Source: Octopus sinensis (lineage: Eukaryota). From it: 64,000 bases of DNA. Below the pieces are notes generated by a model. It did no database searches, had not been told where the DNA came from, and saw only the letters and a list, made by a program, of their open reading frames with translations. Made by a program: the position numbers and the translations under genes. The stretch covers positions 89,094,001-89,158,000 of the forward strand of contig NC_043000.1 in the NCBI RefSeq assembly GCF_006345805.1. Reading direction: 5' to 3'. This document shows positions 24,985 through 37,493 of this stretch, one piece after another. The stretch's first letter is position 1, and each line of letters begins with the position of its first letter.

Positions 24985-27801
24985 GCTGAGTTTGTCAACA
25001 TATACTGCCTCATTATATTGAATATAATTTAGACACATTTACATTTTATGGTTGAGACAGTTGGCACCATTCAAATGTAATTTTTTTTCTTTATATTCTG
25101 CTTTGAAAAGTATGTCTGCATTTACCTAATTGCAGTCATCTAAAATGTCTATGGGGTGTTAATAACTATTATTGTCAAGAATGTAAATGCTAAAGATTCA
25201 GTCTTCATAGCACCGCAGTTGGTCTTTTGCTGCTACTACTGCTACTACTACTACTACCACCACCACCACAACCAATATTAACAACAACAGCAAAACAAAA
25301 AACAACAGTAATAATAATACTGGTTAACAATTATTTTTTATAAAGCATATGTCAAGGTGTACTTCGTGTAGTTTTTAATGCTGATTTCAAATATACAATT
25401 GGATTTTTTTTACATCATGTACACTTTTCAAGATGAGAAAGCTTTTTGGTTCTACCTCATGCATTATATAGAAATTCCAGTTAATGATGTGTATGCATGT
25501 AGTTTATTTATATCATGGAAACATACCTTTAAAATAAACTACATTATTTATTGTTGCATAGTTCTGATGCAATGTTTCATCATCTTAAATTAACCAATGA
25601 AGTTTTGTCTGATGAAATAGGTATTTCAACAACTCAAATTTGAGTTGTTGAAATACCTCTTTCATGGTTTGATGAAATATTTCATCATCTCAAATTCAAT
25701 ATAAGTATAACCGTTTTGTATCTATTTCTTTACTTGTTTTAATGTATCAACAATGTCAAGACAGTGTAGAAATCGTCCCGATGTGTTTTGTTATGTCTGT
25801 GGACAATTTTTTGTGAAAGCTCAAAAACGTACAATAACAGCAGAGATTAAGAAGATTTATAAGCTATACTTTGAGTGTCCTCTTGGAGATCAGGACAAGC
25901 TATGAGCACCACATTTTATCTGTTCAGCTTGTTCAAATGGCTTACGTGACTGGTTCAATAAGAAGAAGTCCATGCCTTTTGCCATTCCAGTGCTATGGAG
26001 GGAGCTGAAAGATCATTTTAATGACTGTTATTTTTGTGAGGTAAATGTCACAGTATCTTCTGTAAAGAAAAAAACACAAAATTGTGTATCCCAATTTGGA
26101 TTCTGCAATGACACCTGTGCCTCACAATGGAAGTCTGCCAATTCCAATTCAACCAGATGATGGTATTGAAACATAAGATGATGATGCTGACTGTCACGAT
26201 AGTGCTGCTGAGGAAGATTACATGGCTGATGATGATAGCTTTGAACCTCAGAAATTTTTCCAAGCTGAACTGAATGACCTTGTCAGAGACCTATCCCTCT
26301 CAAAAGATAAAGCAGAACTGTTGGCATCAAGACTGAAGGAAAAGTATCTACTAGAGCACAGTGTGTATAACTTATTTTCGGCAGAGAAATGTGATTCTAC
26401 AAATGTGTTTGTCTGTTGAAGGCCTGCTTGCTTTTGCAGTAACATCGATGGGCTTTTCGTATGTTTATCACAAATTCATGATGCTGCAGAGTGGCACTTG
26501 TTTATTGACTCTTCAAAACGAAGTTTAAAAGCTGTACTTCTCCATAATGGTAATTTGAAGCCCTTCATTCCTATTGCACACTCCATTTATCTTTATGAAT
26601 CATATGAGAATACGGAACTTTTACTTCATGCCATTCCCCATGAAAGATAGTCATGGAAAATATGTAGAGATTTAAAAGTCATTGGAATGTTAGTGGGAAT
26701 GCAGTCATGTTTCACAAAATGCTGTTGTTTCTTGCCTCTATGAGATAGTTAGGCAATTGACAGACATTATTCAGAATTAAACTGGCAGACAAGAACATCA
26801 AACCAGCCAGGACTGTCTAGCATCAAGAATACACCTCTTGTAGATTCATGTAATGTCCTATTTCCTCCTTTGTACATAAAACTTGGACTGAGGAAACAGT
26901 TTGTAAAGACACTAGGGATGAGAAATGCTAGAGGGTTTGAGTATATTGTAGAAAAGTTTCCCAAAATCACACAGGCGAAGTTGAAAGAGGGTATCTTTGT
27001 TGGATCCCAAATTAGAGAAGTACTCAAAGATGTCAACTTCAAGACAACACTGGATGAACTGGAACTGCTCACCTGGAATGCTTTCAATTGGATCTGTGAG
27101 AATTTCTTGGGCAACAAGAAGGCAATAAACTACAAGGATGACATCAAGAATCTTCTGAAATGTTACTCAGCAATGGGTTGTCGCATGTCACTGAAAGTTC
27201 ACTTCTTGGGCTCCCATCTGGATTTCTTCACAGATAACCTTGTAGCAGTGTCTGATGAACATGGTGAAAGATTTTACCAGGACATTAGTGCTATGGAGAA
27301 ACAGTACGAAGGCTTCTGGAATTACAGTATGCTGGCTGACTACTGCTGGACATCTTGCCGTGATCAACGAGATCAGGAAAACCACATGAAATCCAAATCA
27401 CAATATTTCTAACTTTGTTGTTCTAACTTTGTTTTGTCTGACCTATGTTTTGTGTATTGTCCTGCTTTTCTTCTGTCAACCTGTACATAACTGCACCTTC
27501 CACTTTTTGTTGTTTTTATTCTGCTTAAAGGCACGTTTCTTTTCTGCCAAGCTTACTGTTTAAATCATGTTTGTGTTCTCCCAGTCAACAGCCTTATCAT
27601 TACTGGTACTTTAAAATCTTCGGTTGCATATTTGTGTGAATAAAATCGTTTTTCTTTGGAATAGAAAAAAAGTGTATCTTTATTTCTTCTTTTGCTGGTG
27701 TCTCAAATTTAGATTAAATCTGTATTTCTCAAAGGGGAGGCCTATGAGATGGTCGGACAAGTTTTTTGAGAAAATTTGGTTTAAATGTTTGACAACTCAG
27801 C
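24985..27801 (+). pseudogene. Chapaev3-like transposon copy B with near full-length disrupted transposase (ATG 25753 to stop 27412)
   Basis: MSRQCRNRPDVFCYVCGQ...WRELKDHFNDCYFC...LYIKLGLRKQFVK...MSLKVHFLGSHLDFF...AVSDEHGERFYQD. Imperfect inverted ends GCTGAGTTTGTCAACAT (24985) / TGTTTGACAACTCAGC (27786-27801). Confidence 0.78.
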
Positions 27802-28504
27802 AACGTCCATTGGACGGGGGGGGGGGGGGGGGTTTAATCGTACCATATATACCAGACTCTTCAACATTACTGTACTACCTGTGTTCTTAAACACAAGTCA
27901 GATGTGGGCTGCTACAAAAAGGATAGAAAATTGATTGGCAACAACACAAAGGACCATTTGTTAGGGTCTGTGTTAGGAATATCATCAAGAGAGCACATTC
28001 GATATGAAATAATTCAAGAATGGAGTGGAGAAACAGATGTGATCACAGAATACTGAAAGCATAAGTTCCACTGGGCTGGACATGTTACAAGGTTCACAGA
28101 CAACAGGTGGACCTGTGCAGTTGTTGAGTGATATCCAAGCTATTGAAAAAGGCCACTTGAAAGGCCTCCATGATGATGGGAAGATAATTTGGTCAAGCAG
28201 TTTGGATCAAGATGGAAAAGAATGGTGCTATCAAGACAGAATTGGAAGTGCATTGTGACCAGCAGTGTATAACAGCATCTGATGCTGTTACCAATATTGT
28301 GATACTGTGATAAATAGATGTTACATTATGTTGAAATTTAGGTTATCTCTCTCATCAAAGGCTTAATCACTGATGTTTTAATATTGTTTAACTAAAACTA
28401 TTTATTTCTAAATTATTTTATTTCATTTTCTGCAAACTTAGTATATACATTTTATAATATATATATATTGTATATATAATTGTATATATTATTGTATATA
28501 TATA

Positions 28505-28620
28505 TATTCAACATTTCGGCTGATACACCCTCCAACCTTCATCAGGTGTCTTGGGGAAATTTCGAACCAGGGTTCTTATTCCTAAGGTATTTTTTGATGT
28601 TATTATTATTATCATTATAC

Positions 28621-28662
<42 letters not shown>

Positions 28663-28733
28663 TCACTTCCTGGAATCAAATTCAGAATCTTGGGGTTAAT
28701 AGCCAGCATTCTTAACCACTACACCATATGCAC
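28505..28733 (-). mobile_element. tRNA-headed SINE-like element with (AAT)n linker and hammerhead-like 3' part
   Basis: Minus strand: TGGTGTAGTGGTT A-box, degenerate B-box, (AAT)n, then GACAC-CTGATGA-A-GGTTG...CAGCC-GAAA-TGTTG. Confidence 0.7.
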
Positions 28734-28879
28734 TTTTTTTTCTTCTTTTAAGTTTCATAGTTTGAAAGACGAGCTAGTTTTTGATGGAGTTTCTCTATAT
28801 ATCTCCATTGAAGTCTAATGTCAGCTCCGTACCGATTAGATAATACAGTTCTATATTTAAGAGATGAGGAATTATGTAC

Positions 28880-31800
28880 ATTATTTACATTTGATGACCT
28901 TCTCTTCGTGGCAGGTGATTTCAATGGACATGTTGGACGGCATGTCGGGGGCTTCCATGGCATCCATGGAGACTACGGTTTTGGCTCTCGTAATGAGGAG
29001 GGAACCAGGCTGCTGGAGTTCTGTGATGCAAATGACCTTATGGTCTGCAATACCAACTTCAGGAAACCCACCTCTCACCTAGTCACCTACCGTTCTGGCA
29101 GACACACCAGCCAGATTGACTACATCCTTGCCAGAAAAAGGGAAAGAGGGCTGATTATAAATGCCAAAACCTTTCCAGGCGAAGAATGTACTCCTCAACA
29201 TAGATTAGTAGTTAGCGACTTCAGGATAAAAGCTAAATGGTTGCCCAGAAGAAGACCAGCTTGGAGGAGAAGGGTCTGGAAGCTTAAAGATCCTGCAAAT
29301 GGACAGAGATTTAGAGACATACTACTCGAAGCCTTTGACGAAATAGAAGGGGATATAGCTTCACTTAATGTGGAAGACAACTGGAGATTTCTACGGGACA
29401 ATCTGCTGACAGCCACTGACCAGATCTGTGGATGGAGCAAAGTACCATCTCGACCCAGAGTAACATGGTGGTGGAACTCTGTGGTCGACAGGGCTATTAG
29501 ACAAAAGAGACAGGCTTGGAAGGACTGGAAGAACGGTGGTAGCAGGGAATTGTATCAGACAGCCAGAAGGGAAGCTAGCAGACAGCCAGAGGGGAAGCGG
29601 ATAAGAAAAAATTTGCCAATGTTCTGAGCCGTGAGGATGAAAGACTTGAGGTATTTCGTGTTGCAAGACAATGTGTGAGAGAGAATCGTGATGTGGTAGG
29701 AGAGAAGTGTGTTCGCATGGATGATGGTTCACTTGCGCTAAATGAGGATGCAAAGAGAGAGGTTTGGAGATGCCACTATGAAAGGTTGCTGAATAAAGAA
29801 AATGAATGGGATAAAGAGAGTCTGCCGAATGTTGACCCAACAGAGGGACCAGCTATCCGAGCTGATAGTTCCGTGGTAGCTAAGGCAATTAGAAGCATGA
29901 AGACAGGGAAAGCCCCAGGCCCATCAGGAATTACTGCAGAGATGCTCAAAATATCTGGCAGTGTCGGCTATAACCTAGTCACTCGTATAGTCAACCAGGT
30001 GATACACGAAGGAGTCATACCCAATGACTGGTGTAGCAGCATACTAGTCAACTGCTACAAAGGTAAGGTGATGCCCTAGATACAAATAATTACAGAGGTA
30101 TCAAGCTGTTGGATCAGGTAATGAAGGTTACGGAGAGGGTCATAGCCCAACTAATTAGAGAGAGAGTTAGTTTAGATGAGATGCAGTTTGGGTTCGTGCC
30201 AGGGAAAAGCACCACTGATGCTATATTCCTGGTAAGGCAGCTGCAGGAGAAATACCTAGCCAAAGATAAGCCCCTGTACCTGGCTTTCATTGACATGGAG
30301 AAAGCCTTTGATAGGGTCCCCCGATCCCTCATCTGGTGGTCAATGAGGAAACTAGGGATAGATGAATGGCTGGTGAGGGCTCTGCAAGCCATGTACAGAG
30401 ATGCCGTAAGTAAGGTTAGGGTTGGCAACATGTACACAGAAGAATTCAAAGTAGAGGTTGGGGTCACCAGGGTTCAGTACTCAGCCCCCTCCTATTTATC
30501 ATAGTCCTCCAGGCAATTGTGGAGGAATTCAAGACAGGTTGCCCCTGGGAGCTCCTCTATGCTGACGACCTCGCTCTAATTGCTGAGTCACTATCAGAAC
30601 TGGAGGAGAAGTTCCAGGTGTGGAAGGAGGGTTTAGAATCGAGGGGCCTTAGAGTCAACCTAGCTAAAACCAAAGTACTAATAAGTAGAAAGGTAGACAA
30701 TCCACAAATGTCTTCAGGAAGATGGCCCTGCTCGATCTGTAGAAAAGGTGTAGGTAGAAACTCTATAAGATGTACCCAGTGTAAGCTATGGACATATAAG
30801 AGGTGCAGCAATGTCAAAGGTAGGCTAACTGGGAAGATAGTTTTTGTATGTGGCAGATGCTCGGGAGCATTGACCTCCGAAAACCTGCAGAAAACAACTT
30901 CCGTCACTTTCCAGGGGGAAAAACTAGAAGTAGTTGATAGCTTCTGTTATCTAGGTGACCAAGTCAGTAGTGGGGGTGGGTGCGCTGAGAGTGTAACTGC
31001 TAGAATAAGAATAGCCTGGGCAAAGTTTAGGGAGCTCTTACCTCTGCTGGTGACTAAAGGCCTCTCGCTCAGAGTAAAAGGCAGACTGTATGATGCATGT
31101 GTACGAACTGCCATGCTACATGGCAGTGAAACATGGGCCGTGACTGCTGAGGACATGCGTAAGCTCATGAGGAATGAAGCCAGTATGCTCCGATGGATGT
31201 GTAATGTCAGTGTCCTTACTCGACAGCGTTGGTTCCTTGAGAGAAATGTTGTACCTAAGAAGCATCAGTTGTGGTGTGCAAGAGAGACGATTGCGCTGGT
31301 ATGGTCATGTGGCGAGAATGGATGAAGATAGGTGTGTGAGAAAGTGCCAATCCCTAGCAGTTGAGGGAACCCGTGGAAGAGGTAGACCCAGGAAAACCTG
31401 GGACGAGGTGGTGAAGCACGACCTTCGAACATTAGGTCTCACCATGGAAATGACTAGAGACCGAGACCTATGGAAGTATGCTGTGCGTGAGAAGACCCGG
31501 CAAAATTAGTGAAGCCATAACCCGTGGCCCCTACCTGGGACGCAGTCAGTCCACCTGTGCATACCTTCCTTCTTGTGACACTTGTGAAGACCTGTTGAGG
31601 CAAGTGAAAATCAAATCAAATCAAATCAAATCAAATCAAATCAAATCAAATCAAATCAAATCAAATCAAATCAAATCAAAATAGATGAACATCAATGGAA
31701 TTTGTATCCATGTGGTACCAGTGCCGGTGGCACATAAGAAAACCATCCGAACGTGGCCGTAGCCAGTACCGCATCGACTGGCCTCCATGCTGTGGGCACG

Positions 31801-31973
31801 TAACAAACACCACCTGATCGTGGCCGTTCGCCAGCCTCGTCTGGCACCTGTGTCGGTGGCACATAAAAACACCGTCCGAGCGGTGCAGCCTTCGGGCTTG
31901 CCAGACCCCAGTTGAACCGTCCAACCCATGCTAGCATGGAAAGCGAACGTTAAACGATGATGATGATGATGAT
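28880..31973 (+). mobile_element. 5'-truncated RTE-clade LINE: APE C-terminus, RT, PHD-like insert, long repetitive 3'UTR, (GAT)n tail
   Basis: GDFNGHVG, SQIDYIL and QHRLVV endonuclease motifs; FIDMEKAFDRV and YADD (30558) RT motifs; RLRWYGHVARM C-terminus; several frameshifts; tail GATGATGAT to 31973. Confidence 0.92.
31608..31682 (+). repeat. (AAATC)n pentanucleotide microsatellite inside the RTE 3'UTR
   Basis: Direct reading. Confidence 0.95.
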
Positions 31974-31977
31974 TAGT

Positions 31978-32110
31978 CCTCATCTTGTTTGTTGTTAACA
32001 CAACTTTTCTGCTGATATACCCTCCAGCCTTCATCAGGTGTCTTGGAGGAAATTTCGAACTTGGGTTCTCATTCCTAAGGTATTTTTGGCTGTTATTATT
32101 ATTTTTATTA

Positions 32111-32147
<37 letters not shown>

Positions 32148-32185
32148 CATAACCCCAAGGTTCCGAGTTCGATTCCAGGCAGTGA

Positions 32186-32223
<38 letters not shown>

Positions 32224-32226
32224 GTA

Positions 32227-32257
<31 letters not shown>

Positions 32258-32367
32258 CATCGAAAAATACCTTAGGAATGAGAACCCAGGTTTGAAATTC
32301 CCCAAGACACCTGATGAAGGCTGGAGGGTACATCAGCCGAAGCGTGTTAACAACAAACAAGATGAGG
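31978..32367. mobile_element. Head-to-head / fold-back pair of the tRNA-head plus hammerhead-like-tail element
   Basis: 31978-~32125 is the reverse complement of ~32200-32367, visibly diverged. The spacer holds a B-box GTTCGATTCC. CTGATGA at 32311-32317. Confidence 0.75.
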
Positions 32368-33879
32368 CCATATATCCATCAATTGTAAATAATGTATATA
32401 TTTATTTATTTTGATAATTTTTCCATAAAGACTGTTACCAGTCAAGATTTTGTTATTGTTATGTTGTCTCATTTTCAGCTGATTTGAAAGAGACTTAACT
32501 TCTATTTCTAGCAGGTTGAGATACTGTGAAAATCTCTCACATTTGTGAATTTGTATGTATATTAATAATATATGTAGCTAATAATGAATGTCAAAGGGAA
32601 TTTTATAATAATTTTTGTCCACAGTTTTAACATAACATTTCTTAACCAAAACTTCATCATACATAAACAAAATGGTAAATGATGTCTAAATGAATTGTTT
32701 ATACTCACAATAAAGAATGTTTGCATGACATTTTTTATTTTGTAATTTTTGTATATCAACAAATATTTAAACGAAAAATTATATATTTGGCTTATAAATG
32801 GCAGAATGGAATGTTTTACTGGGTAAAGATTTTCATTATATATTCCAATATAGTCTTACCTCAGTGAAGGCTCATGACTCAGTGGTTGGAACATCTATTG
32901 TACAATTGTGAGTTGTGAGTTCAATTCCTACACCAGGCTATGTGTTGTATTCTTGAGCAAGATACTTTGTTTTGTGTTGCTCCAGTTCACTCAGCTGTAG
33001 AAATGAGTTGCAATGTCACTGGTGCCAAGATGTATCAACCTTTGCCTTTCTTTTGGTGGCATGGAGAAGTGAGACTGTTATACATGTGCGACTGCTGGTC
33101 TTCCACAAAACAACCTTGACCAAACTTATCCCTTGAAAGAGAACTTTCTAAGTGCAATCCCATGGTCATTTGTGACTGAAGGAGTTCACCTCTACTCTCA
33201 ACTGTATTGTTGCACATTCTAATCATGGATGAACAGTTCTGCTTCTCTTCATCCAGTATCTTCTGTATCATCTAATCTACTTCACAATCTTTAACATTTC
33301 TAGACAACACCTGTCACTTAAGCCTGGGACATGATCATGAACTTTTCTACAATATATAAATTTTCATTTAAATATTTGTTGATATACAATCCATCCAATG
33401 ATGCTTAAATTTTTTGTTCTCTTTTAGCTATTCTTCAAGACCATCATATCAAGTTTTAATTATTCTTTTGTTCTTTTGCTTCACTTTTGACAGCCTATCT
33501 CTTTGTAAGGCATTCAATGTTTCTCATAATGTATCTCTTCTCTAGAATGACCCTTTTATCATACTTTAGCTCCTAAACAACTGGCACAAAGTTACATCCC
33601 TCTCTACTAAACCCCACTAAGTTAAAGTAGCTTTTACTTCGTCTGGGAAATTACTTGACAATTTTACTTGAGCTGGTACCAAAAAGAAAAAAGTACCAGT
33701 GCACTCTGCAAAGTGATTTGATTTAGGAAGGACATCCAGCCATAGAAAACATGAAAGTTACTGCTGGGACTCAACACAGTTCTCCAGTTCATCAGATCCC
33801 ATTAAACCATCAAATCCTTGCCTGTATGGATCAAGGACTTTAAATAATAATGATAATGATGGCAATGATGACAACATAG

Positions 33880-33990
33880 TAGTGGTGGTGGTGGTGATGG
33901 TGGTGGTGGTGGTGGTGGTGTGGTGGTGGTGGTGGTGGTGGTGGTGGTGGTGGTGGTGGTGGTGGTGGTGGTGGTAGTAGCAGCAGCAGT
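33880..33990. repeat. (GGT)n microsatellite
   Basis: Direct reading. Confidence 0.95.
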
Positions 33991-34079
33991 AGCATCTCTT
34001 CAGTAATTATCCCTATTAGGAGGTTCCACATAGGATGTGAATATGTAACTGGTCAATAAATAATTTAGAGGCAATGTTC

Positions 34080-34960
34080 CCTTTTAACTTCTCTTTTCAA
34101 TATCAGACAAATTTGTCCTTATTTTAAGCAAAGTAATAGATTCTACATTGTCCTACACTCATTCAGCTGTGTCAGTATAGTTTCATGGAGATTTGTAACC
34201 TGCCAAGTTATACAGTCAAATTGATTATTTTCATCCTGTAACCATGAACAAGATCAGGTCCAGTTTTCTTATCTTTATCAATTTCTTGATATTTTCTTTC
34301 ATGATGGTTAAATCCTTTTACATCTCAACATTTTCAGTGTAATTTTCCACTGGCTTTATCCATTGTGCTTTATTATTGTACTTGGCACTTTCCCCAAATT
34401 TCTTTTCAAAATGGTTTTCTTTCTTCAGTATTCTGTTTCATGTTATCATTTTTCTCATTATCTTGAAGAGTGCCAAATGGACGTTTCTGATTTGATTGAA
34501 GAAAACAATTTTCCTTATATTGTTTGTTTCTTTTGGCTCTCTGATTTTGACAGCTTTTGTTCTTCATTTGTTGTCCCAATTCCATTTTTCTTTATGTGAT
34601 TCATTTTCTCTAAACTACTTTTCTTTACATTTTTCATTTATCCTGCTTCCAATGGTCTCCATTAGCATCTGCTTGGTTCTTCTTTTGTCCTTTCTTTTTG
34701 TTCCCAACATTCTCCAACTACATTAGCACATGCCAACATCCCATGTGTTGATATGTTTTTGTTCTCACAGATAATCTTTCCGTGTTCTTTCTTAAATCTT
34801 GTTTCACTCAGTCCTCAAATTAACTGTCTCTAGGGTCTTCAGTCCCTCCAGTATTCATTTCAGTTTTTCAAGGGTCCCCCATTGATTGTCATCAAAGCTA
34901 TTCACATCAAATTCACTTTCCTCATGCATGCTCCTTCTTGCTCTTATTACATTCTCCTAG
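34080..34960 (-). mobile_element. Highly degenerate R4/Dong-like LINE, N-terminal to RT-start region
   Basis: Purine-rich minus strand with broken ORF remnants resembling the R4 N-terminal and NYRPIT regions; recognised by eye only. Confidence 0.45.
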
Positions 34961-35529
34961 TTGGCACTCGCTAATATCAGTATCACAGACAGGTGATGGA
35001 TTAGCAGAATCATAACAGATTTAGTTGAAATACATTGTTCTCCTGGATCTTTACATTCTGAGTTCAAATCTTGCTAAAGTCAACTTTGTTGTTCACTCTT
35101 CTAAAGTCAATTAAATAAAGTACCAGTCATATACTGAGATAAATATAATTTACCAAGCTCTTTTTTCTGTTGATGTTAAGACTAAACTGGTGGCCTTATT
35201 AACAACAACAGCAACAACAATAATATTAATAGTTGTTGTTGTTGTTATGATGATTATTATTATTTACATTTAATTTGCATGTTTGTTGCAATCACTCACA
35301 GAGACACACCCAGCGTCCTAGGGTGAGTGAAGGATAAGAGATGTTACAGTATGACTGAAAGCTTGGGGAGAGTATGTGGCAGGGATAGTAGCGAAATATC
35401 TTTATGTAATACAACACAGACATTTAAATTGATAGGATTTTTCTAAGGATATATTATCATCATCATCATCATTGTTGTTGTTGTTTCTAAGGCCACCAGT
35501 TTAGTCTTAACATCAACAGAAAAAAGAGC

Positions 35530-36070
35530 TTGAGTGAGAGAGCAGTGCATGCCAGCAAAGTGATACAGGTGTAAAATATATGAAGCCCAGTATACCCATG
35601 ATGGCTACCCATCTGGTAAGAGTACACCAGGCACATGCATCACAACTATATGTGTGTGACATGGTGATCTCATACCGCGCATGACCTTGCATGTGAGACC
35701 CAGTTAGAATTTTTTTCAGGTCGAGTAACCCATCCTACACAAAAGGTCCCTGAATACGGGCTGCTTAAGGGTGTTGAATGAAACACCCATGTTTCCAGAG
35801 GTGAATTATCCAAACCCCAAAGAATTCCTCTCAACACATAGCTATGATGCTCGCCCACTACTTCTGCTCATAATCAGAGTTGCACATATCATCAGCCACT
35901 AAGGGACATGCTCCACTGGTTAAGGCCAAACAACTGACAAGCAAATCTATGATATTGAGCAGAATATTTGCTGTAGCCCATCTTTTATTCCAAGACAAAA
36001 CATGTACATGATAACACTTCCAATCAGTTAAGATCAGAAGTCATGAGAGCCACTCTCTGGTACTGTATTT
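35530..36070 (+). mobile_element. (ATT)n-tailed interspersed repeat copy
   Basis: Aligns with 14750-15295 (-). Confidence 0.7.
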
Positions 36071-36487
36071 ATTACTATCATTATTAAGGTCGACTTTGCC
36101 TTTCATCCTTTCAGGGTCGATAAGATAAGAGGTCGATATAATCAACTAGTCCCCACCCCCATAAATTTGAGGCCTTGTGCTTCCAATGGAAAGAATTATT
36201 ATTATTATTATTATTATATTATATTATTATTATTATTATTATTATTAAGGTAGCAAACTAGCAGAATCATTCGCATGCCGGGCGAAACGCTTTGTGGTGT
36301 TTCATCCACCTTGGCGTTCTTGGTTCAAATTCTGCTGAGGTTGACTTTGCCTTTCATCCTTCCAGGGTTGATAAATTAAGTACCAGTGAAACACTGGTGT
36401 CCATGTTATCAACTAAGACAAAACAATGTACATGATAACACTTCTAATCAGTTAAGATCAGAAGCCATGAGAGCCGCTGCCTGGTAC

Positions 36488-36568
<81 letters not shown>

Positions 36569-37067
36569 TGAAGACAGTGATCAGGTTGAATCATTACATC
36601 ATCGTAAAATTGCCTTGCTAACAAAAGAAAGAAATTCCATAACAGCTGTGACTTAAAAGAAACCATAGCATGACAAACTAAATGCTTTCCAGTATTTGGT
36701 TTTGTCCTTTACATTCTCAGCTCTGCAAAATCCAGTAGTGTTGACTTCATATTTCTGTAGGTGATGGACTTAGTGTAATCTAGATTCTTAGTTCAAACTC
36801 TGTCTGGTCAAATTATAGTTTCATTGAATCAAGGTTGACTCTGTAGATGATACCATTTCTGTAAAAGGAAGTTCACCTTGTAGCTAATCACTAAATCCAT
36901 ATGGTAATTTCTTGCTATAAATCTCCCAATCCTCCTTTAGAAACCAGAGGTTTTGTCTTGTATAAAAATTATAAAAACCGTCTTTCTATGATTTGAACCG
37001 AAAATATAGAGGGATATAAATTAAAATTTTTTTTCTTTTTTGCTTACTAACAATATTGCCTATACTT

Positions 37068-37493
37068 TACTCTTTTACTTGTTTCAGTCATTTGACTGCA
37101 GCCATGCTGGAGCACCACCTTCAGTCTAGCAAATGAACCCCAGAACTTATTCTTTGTAAGCCTAGTACTTATTCTATCGGTCTATCTTGCTGAACCACTA
37201 AGTGATGGAGACGTAAACACACCAACATCAGTTGTCAAGCAATGTTGGGGGGCACAAACTAAGACACACAAACATACATACACACACACACACACACACA
37301 TACATGCATGCATATATATATACATATATACGACAGGCTTCTTTCAGTTTCCATCTACCAAATCCACTCACAAGGCTTTGGTTAGCCCAAGGCTATAGTA
37401 GAAGACACTTGCCTAAGGTCCCACGCAGTGGGACTGAACCCAGAACCATGTGGTTGGTAAGCAAGCTACTTACCACACAGCCACTCCTACACC
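37068..37493 (-). mobile_element. tRNA-headed SINE, same family as 2786-3176
   Basis: Collinear alignment by eye. Confidence 0.8.

Noticed and set aside
31608-31682. Regular repeats that could suggest a CRISPR-like array (also the RTE 3'UTR modules)
   Set aside because: Simple microsatellite or LINE-internal repeats with no unique spacers, in a eukaryotic context.
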